A stretch of DNA of 64,000 nucleotides from Octopus sinensis (lineage: Eukaryota), in the NCBI RefSeq assembly GCF_006345805.1, contig NC_043011.1, forward strand, positions 20,844,464-20,908,463, read 5' to 3'. The position numbers and the translations under genes were made by a program. The notes beneath the pieces are model-generated. The model had not been told where the DNA came from. It searched no databases and saw only the letters and a program-made list of their open reading frames with translations. Of the stretch, positions 63,583-64,000 are shown piece after piece (position 1 is the first letter of the stretch; each line of letters opens with the position of its first letter).

Positions 63583-64000
63583 AGGCATAGGAGTGGCTGT
63601 GTGGTAAATAGCTTGCTTACCAACCCCATGGTTCTGGGTTCAGTCTCACTGCGTGGCACCTTGGGCAAGTGTCGTCTTCTACTATAGCCTCAGGCCGACC
63701 AAAACCTTGTGAGTGGATTTGGTAGACGGAAACTGAAAGAAGCCCGTCGTATATATGTATACGTATATATATATGTGTGTGTGTGTATGTCTGTGTTTGT
63801 CACCCCAACATCGCTTGACAACCGATGATGGTGTGTTTATGTCCCCGTAACTTAGCGGTTCGGCAAAAGAAACCGATAGAATAAGCACTAAGCTTACAAA
63901 GAATAAGTCCTGGAGTCGATTTGCTTGACTAAAGGCGGTGCTCCAGCATGGCCGCAGTCAAATGACTGAAACAAGTGAAAGGGTAAAAGAGTAAAGAGTA
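63583..64000 (+). mobile_element. SINE A, full length
   Basis: As above; (AAGAGTA)n tail at the window end. Confidence 0.88.

Overview
AT-rich, repeat-dense eukaryotic DNA. The SINE, RTE, MITE and microsatellite content is typical of a coleoid cephalopod, most likely Octopus (inference from repeat families). The one host gene is a CTDSPL2/SCP4-like FCP/SCP-family phosphatase on the minus strand. I reconstructed 11 coding exons (51727->14948, 1353 nt, 450 aa plus stop); all introns are GT-AG and phase-consistent. Its 5' non-coding exon was not located. The rest is intron/UTR filled with tRNA-derived SINEs, RTE and R4-like LINE fragments, mariner/pogo/hAT/piggyBac-like MITEs (often nested), Helitron-like elements, a 5S rRNA pseudogene and microsatellites. 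The most notable observations: a SINE dimer junction recurring at the same base in three copies; a TSD-flanked SINE-MITE-SINE chimera; a 294-bp templated copy of nearby intron inside a mariner; unrelated long foldback elements embedded in (TA)n; an in-frame exon-to-RTE read-through ORF that diverges at the catalytic motif; and a recurring structured RTE-like 5' leader motif. No prokaryote-type system (CRISPR etc.) is present.
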